From positions 62,001-126,000 of the IMG/VR virus record IMGVR_UViG_3300043570_001980: DNA of 64,000 bases. One strand, written 5' to 3'. The position numbers were made by a program, and so were the translations under genes. Within the stretch, counting starts at the first letter, position 1. Each line of letters begins with the position of its first letter. This document shows, one piece after another, positions 9,177 to 18,772 of this stretch. The notes below the pieces were generated by a model. The model was not told the DNA's origin and did not search any database. It saw only the letters and a list, made by a program, of their open reading frames with translations.

Positions 9177-9968
9177 ATGACAGATCACTATGCCACATTA
9201 GGTGTGCCCAAAACTGCTGCCGCTGATGAAATTAAAAAGGCTTATCGTAAGCTGGCCAGCCAACACCATCCAGACAAAGGTGGCGACACAAAAAAGTTCC
9301 AGGAAGTAGAAGAAGCATACAGAACACTAAGCGATCCAGAAAAGCGAGCACAATACGATACTCCACAGACTAATTTTAATTTTAGATCTGGTGGTCCGGG
9401 CGCCGGCCAGGATCCATTTGATATGGATGCTATTTTTAACATGTTTGGTGCCAGGATGAATGCTCATGCACCAAGACAGTCGTTTCAACGCATGACCTTG
9501 TGGATCAAACTAGATGATGTGGTCACAGGCGGCGCAAGAACTGTGTCAGTAACATCAAATTCAGGTACGTCAACAATTGAAATACACGTACCCGAAGGTA
9601 TTGAGGATGGTGCTAACATACGTTATCCAGGCATAGGACCCGGCAATGCTGATCTTGTTGTGCAGTTCAGAATTCACCCGCATCCAATTTGGTCTAGACA
9701 AGGCAATGATCTTTTTGCCAAGCACGATGCATCTTTTTGGGAATTAATTACAGGAACCGACACAGTGGTACACGACCTAAAAGGCAGAGCAATGACAGTG
9801 ACCATTCCCCCTATGACTAATCCAAATACCACATTGAGATTACGAGGACTGGGTCTGCGCTCAAGCAACAGACCAACTGGGGATATAATGATTAAATTAA
9901 ATGCAGTCATGCCCGACCATATTCCTGATGAAATACTAGATATTCTTAAAAATCAGTCAAATAAATAA
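9177..9968 (+). CDS. dnaJ: DnaJ-class (CbpA-like) co-chaperone lacking the zinc finger
   Basis: J-domain with HPD (HHPDKGG) and a DnaJ C-terminal domain. Confidence 0.9.
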   Translation: MTDHYATLGVPKTAAADEIKKAYRKLASQHHPDKGGDTKKFQEVEEAYRTLSDPEKRAQYDTPQTNFNFRSGGPGAGQDPFDMDAIFNMFGARMNAHAPRQSFQRMTLWIKLDDVVTGGARTVSVTSNSGTSTIEIHVPEGIEDGANIRYPGIGPGNADLVVQFRIHPHPIWSRQGNDLFAKHDASFWELITGTDTVVHDLKGRAMTVTIPPMTNPNTTLRLRGLGLRSSNRPTGDIMIKLNAVMPDHIPDEILDILKNQSNK

Positions 9969-10043
9969 TTTAACCGTACTGCTTGTGTTTTTAACACATT
10001 GAGTTTATAATTAAAAACTATCGAAGTACCCAATAGGAAAACT

Positions 10044-12335
10044 ATGCAAAATAATCCCGAAATTGAACAAATCATTGATGCGGCAGTTAGAATTGCCCGA
10101 GATAAAAAACACGAATATGTGTTAACTGAGCATCTATTGTTGTCGTTACTACAATACAATCCATTCAGAAATGTATTAATTAAGTTTGGTTCTGAAGTAG
10201 ACATGCTGGAAGCAGAATTAACTGCATATTTAGAAAATATGATCAATCTACGCAGTGACAAAGAAGATGTTCAACCTCGAAAAACAAATGCACTAGAACG
10301 TATTTTTAATCGTGCGTTGACACAGGTGTTGTTCACTGGTCGCCGAGTAATCACCACAATTGATCTTTATCTTGCAATCATGAGTGAGAGCAATAGTCAT
10401 GCACACTACTTCTTGCTCAAGTACGGTGTAACAAAAGCAGAGTTTGTGAAATTCTGGGAACAAAATTACAAGCACGGCGATGTTAAAATCACCAATCAAC
10501 AGGCCACAGAAATACTTGAAGAACATTGTACCAACATTACTGACCAGGCCAAAAAAGATCAACTTGAACCAGTGATTGGGCGGGAAAAAGACATTGAAGA
10601 AATGGTCACTGTGTTAGCACGTAGATTTAAAGCCAATGTGCTAATGGTAGGAGATCCCGGAGTGGGCAAAACTGCCATCATTGAAGGATTGGCACAGCGT
10701 ATTGTCAACAACACCGTTCCTAGTTTCCTTAGGGACCATGAAGTGTGGAGTTTGGAAATTGGCAGTTTACTAGCAGGTTCAAAATATCGCGGGGAGTTTG
10801 AAGAAAAACTCAAGCAGGTAATTGATGCTTTAGAAAGCAAAAAGAATTGTGTTTTGTTCATTGATGAAGCTCATACCATGCGTGGTGCAGGCAGTTCAGG
10901 ACAGAGTCAACTGGACTTTGCCAACATGATCAAGCCAGCCATTACCAAAGGTGTACTTAAAGTTGTAGCTAGTACTACCTGGGAAGAGTACTACGAAAGT
11001 TTTGAAAAGGATCGTGCATTAATGCGTAGATTCTATAGACTCAGCATTGACGAGCCAAACAAAGAAACCACAGAAAAAATTCTTATTGGACTGAGTCCGC
11101 GGCTGGAAAAGTTTCACAATGTGATGATTGATACAGATGCTATTATGTCAGCAGTTGAACTAAGTGGTCGTTATATTCATGACAAAAAGAATCCTGACAA
11201 AAGCATTGATTTAATTGATGCTGCCTGTGCCCGTGAAAGAGTCAAAGATGCAGGTACGTTAACAGTTACAAAAGAATTAATTATGCAACAGGTCAGTCGT
11301 GTTGCTGGCGTACCAATGGATCATTTGGCCAATCAACAGAGTACACGTATTATTGATCTTGAAAGTAATATCAAACAACGAGTATATGGTCAAGACCAAG
11401 TAATTGACACAGTACTAGATCGTATCTATGTAAGTTTTGCTGGCATCAATACAACAAGAAAACCCATGTCTAGTTTCTTATTCTTGGGCCCAACTGGCAC
11501 AGGTAAAACTGAATTAGCACGTATGTTAGCCGAATACCTTGATATGAAATTACTCAAGTACGACATGAGTGAGTACCAAGAAAAGCATACTGTATCAAGT
11601 TTGATTGGTGCTCCACCGGGCTATGTTGGGTTCGAAGATGGCAATCTTGGTGGCGGCAAATTAATCAGCGATCTGAGCAAGCACCCATTTTCAATATTAT
11701 TGTTTGACGAAGTAGAAAAAGCACATCCTGATGTAAGCAACATCTTTTTACAATTGCTTGATGAAGGAAAAATTACAGGTAGCAACGGAAAAACAGTTGA
11801 TTGTAAAAATACCATTGTTATCATGACCAGCAATCTTGGCAGCGCCGACAGTGAACGTAATAATATTGGCTTCGGAGACATGGCAAAAACCGGCGAAGAT
11901 GATCGTGCTCTTAAAGAATTTTTTAAACCTGAATTACGCAATCGCTTGGATGCAGTCTGTAAGTTTAGCAAGCTTGATAAGCTAGCAATTAAGAAAATTG
12001 TTATTAAATTCGTTGATGAACTAAAAACCAGTCTAGTTGATAAAAATATTAAACTAAACTTGACAGAGCCAGCAGTTGAACTGTTAGCTGACCGTGGATA
12101 TGATCCGTTGATGGGAGCTCGCCCACTGGGTAGAAAAATTGATGAGCTTATTCGTGTTCCGTTAAGTAGAAAAATTTTATTTGACCGTCTAACTGATTGC
12201 AACATAAATGTTGTTGTAAAGGATGGAGAAATTTACTTTGAAACAGACATAACCGTGCCTGTGCAAGAAACAAATCAACCTACAGTTAACAGTGATGGAT
12301 ACATTGTCCTTGACCAATTCAAACCCAGAATTTGA
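10044..12335 (+). CDS. clpA: ATP-dependent Clp protease ATP-binding subunit ClpA
   Basis: Clp N-domain; two AAA+ modules (GDPGVGKT/FIDEAH and GPTGTGKT/LFDEVEK); GARPL. No ClpB middle domain. Confidence 0.92.
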   Translation: MQNNPEIEQIIDAAVRIARDKKHEYVLTEHLLLSLLQYNPFRNVLIKFGSEVDMLEAELTAYLENMINLRSDKEDVQPRKTNALERIFNRALTQVLFTGRRVITTIDLYLAIMSESNSHAHYFLLKYGVTKAEFVKFWEQNYKHGDVKITNQQATEILEEHCTNITDQAKKDQLEPVIGREKDIEEMVTVLARRFKANVLMVGDPGVGKTAIIEGLAQRIVNNTVPSFLRDHEVWSLEIGSLLAGSKYRGEFEEKLKQVIDALESKKNCVLFIDEAHTMRGAGSSGQSQLDFANMIKPAITKGVLKVVASTTWEEYYESFEKDRALMRRFYRLSIDEPNKETTEKILIGLSPRLEKFHNVMIDTDAIMSAVELSGRYIHDKKNPDKSIDLIDAACARERVKDAGTLTVTKELIMQQVSRVAGVPMDHLANQQSTRIIDLESNIKQRVYGQDQVIDTVLDRIYVSFAGINTTRKPMSSFLFLGPTGTGKTELARMLAEYLDMKLLKYDMSEYQEKHTVSSLIGAPPGYVGFEDGNLGGGKLISDLSKHPFSILLFDEVEKAHPDVSNIFLQLLDEGKITGSNGKTVDCKNTIVIMTSNLGSADSERNNIGFGDMAKTGEDDRALKEFFKPELRNRLDAVCKFSKLDKLAIKKIVIKFVDELKTSLVDKNIKLNLTEPAVELLADRGYDPLMGARPLGRKIDELIRVPLSRKILFDRLTDCNINVVVKDGEIYFETDITVPVQETNQPTVNSDGYIVLDQFKPRI

Positions 12336-13026
12336 AGTAGTTAATTCAAGTCAGCTATACTTTGATCAATTTGAGTATAGGGCTGTGTTTTACCTTCAAG
12401 AGTTGCCTTGTCTACGAAATTTAAAAAATGATCCTGACAAAGATCGTCAGATGATTTCCTGGAATGTGGATCAGCGAAAAAAATTCAAAGATCACCTAAG
12501 ACATGTTAACTGGGGAGGAAGCTGGCACAACCAAAATAGTTCAATACCCATTGGTGATGAAGTAGAACCAAATTTATTGTTGTTTTATGATTTTTATTCT
12601 TCAGAGCCCGACGTTAAAAAACTAGTGATTCAGTCAGGTGGTTACGGGTATCTATACACTAACAATAAAAAATACATACAAGAACTGGCTAGATTACCAT
12701 TTATTAAAAATGTCTACGGGTATCAAATCAATGTAGCGTTTGCAAAAGGAACCATTAGGTTAAAAAATCCAAAGCATTCTTATCGTTTATATTTTAAAGA
12801 TAGAAAAATAACCAAACAACAAAAAAGTTATTTGGTTAATTTCTTAAAGAACCACGAAGGGCAAATAAGACTAGGACCAGCACTTAAACATTGGGTAAAA
12901 AAAGACGAGTACTGTTATTTGTACGGAAACTTTTTTGTAGAATACGATCACCAATCTTTTGTAAGTATGCTTAGTCTTGTGAGTCCAAGCACAGTTAGAA
13001 AGACTGTAACCTTAATAAAAGCATAA
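12295..13026 (+). CDS. Hypothetical protein
   Basis: 243-aa AT-rich ORF filling the gap after clpA. Confidence 0.6.
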   Translation: MDTLSLTNSNPEFEVVNSSQLYFDQFEYRAVFYLQELPCLRNLKNDPDKDRQMISWNVDQRKKFKDHLRHVNWGGSWHNQNSSIPIGDEVEPNLLLFYDFYSSEPDVKKLVIQSGGYGYLYTNNKKYIQELARLPFIKNVYGYQINVAFAKGTIRLKNPKHSYRLYFKDRKITKQQKSYLVNFLKNHEGQIRLGPALKHWVKKDEYCYLYGNFFVEYDHQSFVSMLSLVSPSTVRKTVTLIKA

Positions 13027-13036
13027 ATATATTACC

Positions 13037-13216
13037 ATGGCAAAAATACACGAAGAAATAGTTGTGATCAAACTTTCAAAATTGATCAAAGATGATGCAC
13101 CAAATCAAGGCACAATTGCCACGGTGGAACTGATAGAAAGTTTAGCGGCTGTGGCTGAAGAACTTGGCGGCAACGGTGTTGTTGTAGAAATTGAACAAGT
13201 TGGTCAACAGCAATGA
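13037..13216 (+). CDS. Small hypothetical protein (59 aa; not in ORF track)
   Basis: MAKIHEEIVVIKLSKLIK...; ATAAATA at 13023; stop overlaps the next ATG (ATGA). Confidence 0.6.
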   Translation: MAKIHEEIVVIKLSKLIKDDAPNQGTIATVELIESLAAVAEELGGNGVVVEIEQVGQQQ

Positions 13217-13581
13217 AAACCACAACCCTCCAGCTATTGCCAACTACCTCATATGGCACACCCTCGGGCAACTACGATGGTAGCAGTTTAGACTGGTCTG
13301 GAGAAAAGCAACAAGCGTCTAATTATTATGGTGGCTTTGGTTCCTTGCAAACGTTGGCTTTTTATCTAAATGGGTTTGAGGGTTTAATTAAAATTGAAGC
13401 CACAGTTGACTCAGTACCAGCAACCGACGCTGACTGGTTCAAAGTATACGAATTTGATTCTTTAACTACCACAACCACTAACAATTTTAGTGTCAACGTC
13501 ACTGGAAACTTTACATGGATTAGAGCCAATGTAGAGGGATTTTCCGCTGGAACAATCACCAAGTTGATGTTAAGCTATTAA
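13213..13581 (+). CDS. Hypothetical beta-rich protein, possibly a virion component
   Basis: Thr/Ser/Gly-rich ORF in the late block. Confidence 0.5.
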   Translation: MKTTTLQLLPTTSYGTPSGNYDGSSLDWSGEKQQASNYYGGFGSLQTLAFYLNGFEGLIKIEATVDSVPATDADWFKVYEFDSLTTTTTNNFSVNVTGNFTWIRANVEGFSAGTITKLMLSY

Positions 13582-14009
13582 TGGACAATTCAACATTGAG
13601 CCTGCGAGTTTCTGCTACAGAACCCGAGCTCGACGTGTCAATTCATTTAAATGATGTCAATATTTTTCAAGGAAAACCCAGCGTTGACCCTGTAATTGTT
13701 AATCACAAATTTGTAGACACTGATCAGGCATACACATTGACTATTACAATGTCTGGAAAAACCATTGATCATACCAAGGTAGATGAATTTGGAAATATTA
13801 TAAAAGATGTGCTAGTTACAGTTACTGATTTTAAACTTGAAGACATTGACGTAAGCAAAATAGTATTTCAGCAGGCCACGTATCACCACAACTTTAATGG
13901 GACTCAAGACAACATTGTTGACTCTTTCCATGGTGCAATTGGCTGCAACGGTCAAGTGATTTTTAAATTTCAAGCACCATCGTACCTTTGGCTCTTAGAG
14001 AACATGTAG
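13581..14009 (+). CDS. Hypothetical protein
   Basis: Coupled to the upstream stop codon. Confidence 0.55.
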   Translation: MDNSTLSLRVSATEPELDVSIHLNDVNIFQGKPSVDPVIVNHKFVDTDQAYTLTITMSGKTIDHTKVDEFGNIIKDVLVTVTDFKLEDIDVSKIVFQQATYHHNFNGTQDNIVDSFHGAIGCNGQVIFKFQAPSYLWLLENM

Positions 14010-14023
14010 GCTAAATATAAGGT

Positions 14024-15016
14024 ATGAAAAAACTAGTCATTATGCCCGGTGGTTTCCACCCCTTTCACGCAGGCCATAAAGCTCTGTATGATGCGGCCCA
14101 AGCGGCTTTCCCCAGCGCCGATGTTTACATTGCTGCCACAGCAGACACCTCAACAAGACCTTTTCCTTTTGCAGTCAAGCAAAAGCTGGCAAAATTAGCT
14201 GGCATTCCTGCACACAGATTTATTCAAGTCAAAAATCCTTTCCGTGCCAATGAAATTACACAACATTACGATCCCAGCACTACACAGCTGATTTTTGTAC
14301 GTAGTGAAAAAGATCGTAACGAACAGCCCGTGCCCGGTGGTGTAAAAAAGGATGGTAGTGCTGGCTACTTACAACCATACAAGCGCACAGGCCTACAGCC
14401 AATGACTCAGCATGCTTACATAGCATATTTGCCTGTGGTACAGTTTGGTTCAGGTATGACCAGTGCCACAGAAATTCGTGCCAAATGGCCTGCAATGTCA
14501 CCTGAACAAAAAGCCACATTGGTTAACTCATTATATCCACAGACCCAGGGCAACGAAAAATTAACCAATGTAACAATTAAACTAATTGATGCAGGCATGG
14601 GCAGTGATGTGAAAGAAGCACTACAAGGTCCAGCCTTTGGTGTTGGTGCAGGCGGATTAAATGCAGGAATGCCAATGCCAAATGGTCCAGATAAAGAAGT
14701 TGATGAAGCTACTCTGGTCAATGATCCCGACGAAGGAATTCAAATTCGCCCTACTGGAGGTCTTGGTACCTGGGATGAAGGTAGTCTTAAGCAGAGTTTA
14801 GTACGACAACTGGTTGAGTTAGCAGAAATGCTCAAAGTTGGCAACTATCGCGGAGTGGAACATCTAATGTACAAAGCTGGTGCTATGCAAAGTAAAGTCC
14901 AAGCTCTGGCCCGATTAGAAGATTTTACTGACAAACAAGGAAGACGACCTGTTGCACGTGGGCGAGAAATTGACATTGGCGAAAACAATGACTACGTCAA
15001 TGAAACAAACAAGTAA
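14024..15016 (+). CDS. HxGH cytidylyltransferase-like protein with C-terminal accessory modules
   Basis: IMPGGFHPFHAGH; later DVKE-A and EVDE-A junctions; CTAAATA at 14011. Confidence 0.7.
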   Translation: MKKLVIMPGGFHPFHAGHKALYDAAQAAFPSADVYIAATADTSTRPFPFAVKQKLAKLAGIPAHRFIQVKNPFRANEITQHYDPSTTQLIFVRSEKDRNEQPVPGGVKKDGSAGYLQPYKRTGLQPMTQHAYIAYLPVVQFGSGMTSATEIRAKWPAMSPEQKATLVNSLYPQTQGNEKLTNVTIKLIDAGMGSDVKEALQGPAFGVGAGGLNAGMPMPNGPDKEVDEATLVNDPDEGIQIRPTGGLGTWDEGSLKQSLVRQLVELAEMLKVGNYRGVEHLMYKAGAMQSKVQALARLEDFTDKQGRRPVARGREIDIGENNDYVNETNK

Positions 15017-15217
15017 ACGTCGCGTCTATCCGCCGAAACTACCGGTTAAAGTAGTACAGCACGGATCTCCCAATGTATTAATGACTCCACTAAGAAATTG
15101 CAGTAAGGTAATGCAGTTGGGCATTGGATTAAAAATAGCATCATAAATTTGCCAACAAAAAAATAGCCTGGGTTTTGTACGTAGTTAAATAGAAGTACAT
15201 ATTTTTACGAGGAACAT

Positions 15218-16162
15218 ATGGCTGAACAACAAATCCAAGTCAACGTTGACTACCTGCGCACCACTAGAGTGCATATCTGTATGCCCTGCTACGGTGGCAT
15301 GTTAACTGAAAGCACATTCATGAGTTATATCAAATGGGCCAACACTTGCCGACAACTTGGCATTGAGTGGACCATGGAAACCATGACCAATGAATCATTG
15401 ATCAGCCGTGCTAGAAACACACTGGTTGCTAAATTCCTAAACAATCCAGACTCAACTCACTTGATGTTTATCGACGCTGATATTGGTTGGGAACCTTGGC
15501 ATTTATTAGTACTGCTTAATGCACAAAAAGATGTAGTCGGTGGACTATATCCAATGAAAACTCTACCAATTAAATGGGTAGTTAATGGGTTTGAAAATGC
15601 AGAAGTCAGTGAAGATGGTAATCTTCAAGAAGTTAGCAAAACAGGCACAGGCTTTATGCTAGTAAAGCGTGATGTGTTTGATAAACTCAATGTACATCAA
15701 GCAGTCAAGCCGTTTAAGAACGACATTGGATTGCCTGTAGAATTAGATCCATACATGAAAACATACTACGACACAGCAGTTCGCGAAGGTCGCTACTATT
15801 CAGAAGACTGGACATTCTGTGAAAACTGGCGCGACATTGGTGGTAAAGTCTGGGTCGACAAGCGTGTATTGCTCAAGCATACAGGCACCTATGTGTTTGA
15901 CTTTAACACACAGGACAAATTGTACGAAGACCTAAGTGTTATTGCCAAAGCCAATGCAGACGCTAAAAAACTAGCAGATGCACAGGCAGCTCTGCAACAG
16001 GTGCCTGTAACTCCTCGAGTGATTGCCAGTAATGAATCACCTGTTGCAGAAACAGCCAAACAAGGTAAAGCAGTAGCCAAGCCAGTTAAAGCAGTGGCTA
16101 AACCAGTCAAGGCAATAGAAACGCCTGCTCTAGCTAAAAAGAAAACAAAAGCATCTAAGTAA
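15218..16162 (+). CDS. GT-A-type glycosyltransferase-like protein with a Lys/Ala/Pro-rich tail
   Basis: HICMPCYGG, ESLISRARN, HLMFIDADIGW, GTGFML, SEDWTFC. Confidence 0.75.
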   Translation: MAEQQIQVNVDYLRTTRVHICMPCYGGMLTESTFMSYIKWANTCRQLGIEWTMETMTNESLISRARNTLVAKFLNNPDSTHLMFIDADIGWEPWHLLVLLNAQKDVVGGLYPMKTLPIKWVVNGFENAEVSEDGNLQEVSKTGTGFMLVKRDVFDKLNVHQAVKPFKNDIGLPVELDPYMKTYYDTAVREGRYYSEDWTFCENWRDIGGKVWVDKRVLLKHTGTYVFDFNTQDKLYEDLSVIAKANADAKKLADAQAALQQVPVTPRVIASNESPVAETAKQGKAVAKPVKAVAKPVKAIETPALAKKKTKASK

Positions 16163-16183
16163 TCAAAGCGGTAAATATAGTTT

Positions 16184-18772
16184 ATGAACATTCATGAACT
16201 AGATTCCTATCGTTTAAGCAACGCAATCAAGTTTAACGACAAGTTAAACCCACGCATTTGGGGAGAGGACGAACATCTTCTCCCTGATGTTCGTGACCAC
16301 TTATTGGCAATTGCGGATGACTTTCGCGAATTCCTTGGCCTAACAGACCTTGAACTAAAAGATGTTACAATATCTGGTTCAAACGCCGCCTACACATATA
16401 CACCACACAGCGACATTGATCTACACTTGGTAGTAGATTTACCCAGGGCCGATGCCAGCGACGTTTATCGTGAGCTGTTTGATGCTAAAAAATATCAGTA
16501 CAACGATCAACACAATTTTAAAATTGGCGGTTACGATGTTGAGTTGTATGTACAGAATGCCAATCAACCGCCGGTGAGCCAAGGCGAGTATTCGGTGTTG
16601 AACAATGACTGGCTACAAGTTCCCAAACGTCAACAAGCTGTGGTTGATGACATGAGCACACGTAGCAAGTACGAAGATCTAGGACACAGAATTGAGTCAG
16701 CCATTGCTGATGGTGATAGACAGCGCATGGAGTCGCTGGCTAAAAAGATACGTGAAATGCGCACAACCGGCCTGGCAAAGACTGGAGAATTTGGTCCAGA
16801 AAATCTAGCATTTAAACTGTTGAGAGCCAGTGGCTTGATTGATCGACTGCGTGAAGCCAGACTTGCCGCAAAAGATCATGAACTAAGTTTACAAGAGCGC
16901 AAGAAAAAGAAAGTACGCTACGGATATGGTGGGTACTGGATGCCAGGATTCTCGTTTGGCGACGGCGAGGGCGGCGATGGTGGTGGTGGCGAAAGTGTAC
17001 AAGAAAACACAGAATCCCCAGACATCAATCAAGACATTAGGCAAGTACTACAACCATTCATTGATAGTTGTGTTGAGTATCTTGGAATTGAACAAGCCCC
17101 AAAAATTATATTAAAACGTGACCCAGAATGGACACGTAGAAACGGCACATTTGGTCAATTTGATCCCGAAACACGTTCAGTCACACTGGCAGTGAGTGGC
17201 CGTCATGTGCTAGATATTTTGCGTACTCTAGCACATGAGCTCACACACTCTCGTCAAAACGAACTAGCTGACATGCCCGTGGATGCAGGCGAAACAGGAT
17301 CCCCTTACGAAGACGAAGCCAATGCCAAAGCAGGCCAAATTATGCGACACTGGGTTGATCAGTATCCTGAATTCTTCAAAGATGCGCCACTAGAGGAATC
17401 TTTAAAAGATAAATTGGCTGCCGCTGCCGCTGCCGCTTGCATAGCTGGCACGCCCGGGTGTGCTACCACACAAAGCATGTCCACCGCTGATACATTGAAA
17501 GGTATTCAAACTGTTGGCCGAACTGCACAAACAGTAAAGCAAATGGGTAGCGCAGGCGCAAAAGAAGAATTAATACAACAACTAAAGAATGAACTGCGTA
17601 GACAACGTGGGCAGTTGCCAGAAACAGTCACTGACGAAGATTATGATCCCAACGGAAAACCACCCGGTCCAGAATTCAAACCCACCATGCCAGCAGGCAC
17701 AGTCAAAGTAGATGTCAGCGATGTCTACGATTGGTACAAGCTAGGACAACACATTAGTGATTTAAAAGGGCTGGGTCAGCATGACTTTGGAAGTGGTCCT
17801 CCTAGTACTATTATGGCATTTGGCAGCGAAGAAGAAGAACACAAGTATATCGACGCATTAAAGAAAACAGGATTGACCACAACTGACATTGATCCTGTTG
17901 ACCCCAATCGACCCAAAGGCATGCCTCGCCAGAAGACAGATCCTACATACAATGTCAACGAAGCATTTGATCAACCTTATCCACTACTTCGATGGGAAAA
18001 GGGTGACTTTGGTGATGTAGACGCAATCGCACGATTAGATGACGGAACTTTTCTAAGTATCATGTTCAACAAGGGATTTAGTAAAGATTCAAAAGAGGAA
18101 GCATGGAGTGTTGAGTTTTATAGAAACAACAGCCAAGAAGTCACAGGTGAAGGTGATTCTCAACGAGTATTTGCCACTGTGTTAAGTGCTATACAAACAT
18201 TTATTAAAAAGTACAAGCCTAATAGAATGACCTTTTCGGCCTCAAAAGAAGTTGAACCGGGACAAAACTCACAAAGCAGAGCCAGACTCTACGATAGTTT
18301 GGTTCAGCGTTATGCCAGAGCTTGGGGTTATAGAGCTTTCCGTGCAGATACCGGCAACAAAGTCATCTACGAACTAAGCAGAAGACAACCTGTAGTAGCA
18401 GAAGGTCCATTTGTTCAAAGAATTGTTCATCCTAATAAAATCAACATCTACGTGCGAGCAGGCAAAAAACCCAAACTGGTTGCAACCAATGTGTCTTATA
18501 ATCTATTAGACAAATACATTGACAAAGTGGTAGACAAATATCCACAGTTTAGGCCCACTGATTTTTCTTTTCAATCTGCTGATGAAAAAGTAATAGCAGA
18601 AGCCACCGGATACATTCCTGTCAACGACAAAGAAGCTCGTGATCCACGCTACAGCATGGCCATCACACAAGACATCAAGCCTGGCGAAGTGCAACGTCAA
18701 GCCAAAAAAATGGGCTGGCGCACCACTGCCGCTGGAACACCACCTACATTAAAGACATCAGGAAGAATGTAA
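16184..18772 (+). CDS. Putative head-packaged polyprotein: pol-beta-like nucleotidyltransferase + HEXXH metallopeptidase-like + further modules
   Basis: ISGSNAAY...SDIDLH; TLAHELTH; junctions VQE-N, LEE-S, VNE-A, VAE-G, IAE-A. Confidence 0.7.
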   Translation: MNIHELDSYRLSNAIKFNDKLNPRIWGEDEHLLPDVRDHLLAIADDFREFLGLTDLELKDVTISGSNAAYTYTPHSDIDLHLVVDLPRADASDVYRELFDAKKYQYNDQHNFKIGGYDVELYVQNANQPPVSQGEYSVLNNDWLQVPKRQQAVVDDMSTRSKYEDLGHRIESAIADGDRQRMESLAKKIREMRTTGLAKTGEFGPENLAFKLLRASGLIDRLREARLAAKDHELSLQERKKKKVRYGYGGYWMPGFSFGDGEGGDGGGGESVQENTESPDINQDIRQVLQPFIDSCVEYLGIEQAPKIILKRDPEWTRRNGTFGQFDPETRSVTLAVSGRHVLDILRTLAHELTHSRQNELADMPVDAGETGSPYEDEANAKAGQIMRHWVDQYPEFFKDAPLEESLKDKLAAAAAAACIAGTPGCATTQSMSTADTLKGIQTVGRTAQTVKQMGSAGAKEELIQQLKNELRRQRGQLPETVTDEDYDPNGKPPGPEFKPTMPAGTVKVDVSDVYDWYKLGQHISDLKGLGQHDFGSGPPSTIMAFGSEEEEHKYIDALKKTGLTTTDIDPVDPNRPKGMPRQKTDPTYNVNEAFDQPYPLLRWEKGDFGDVDAIARLDDGTFLSIMFNKGFSKDSKEEAWSVEFYRNNSQEVTGEGDSQRVFATVLSAIQTFIKKYKPNRMTFSASKEVEPGQNSQSRARLYDSLVQRYARAWGYRAFRADTGNKVIYELSRRQPVVAEGPFVQRIVHPNKINIYVRAGKKPKLVATNVSYNLLDKYIDKVVDKYPQFRPTDFSFQSADEKVIAEATGYIPVNDKEARDPRYSMAITQDIKPGEVQRQAKKMGWRTTAAGTPPTLKTSGRM

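Noticed and set aside
10293-12205. Long antisense ORFs inside clpA (similar ones in groEL, the polymerase and 25781..26296)
   Set aside because: They are shadows of strongly conserved plus-strand genes, with no SD or recognisable motifs.
14952-15146. 64-aa ORF overlapping the end of 14024..15016
   Set aside because: No SD or motif, and it overlaps a better gene; cannot be supported.
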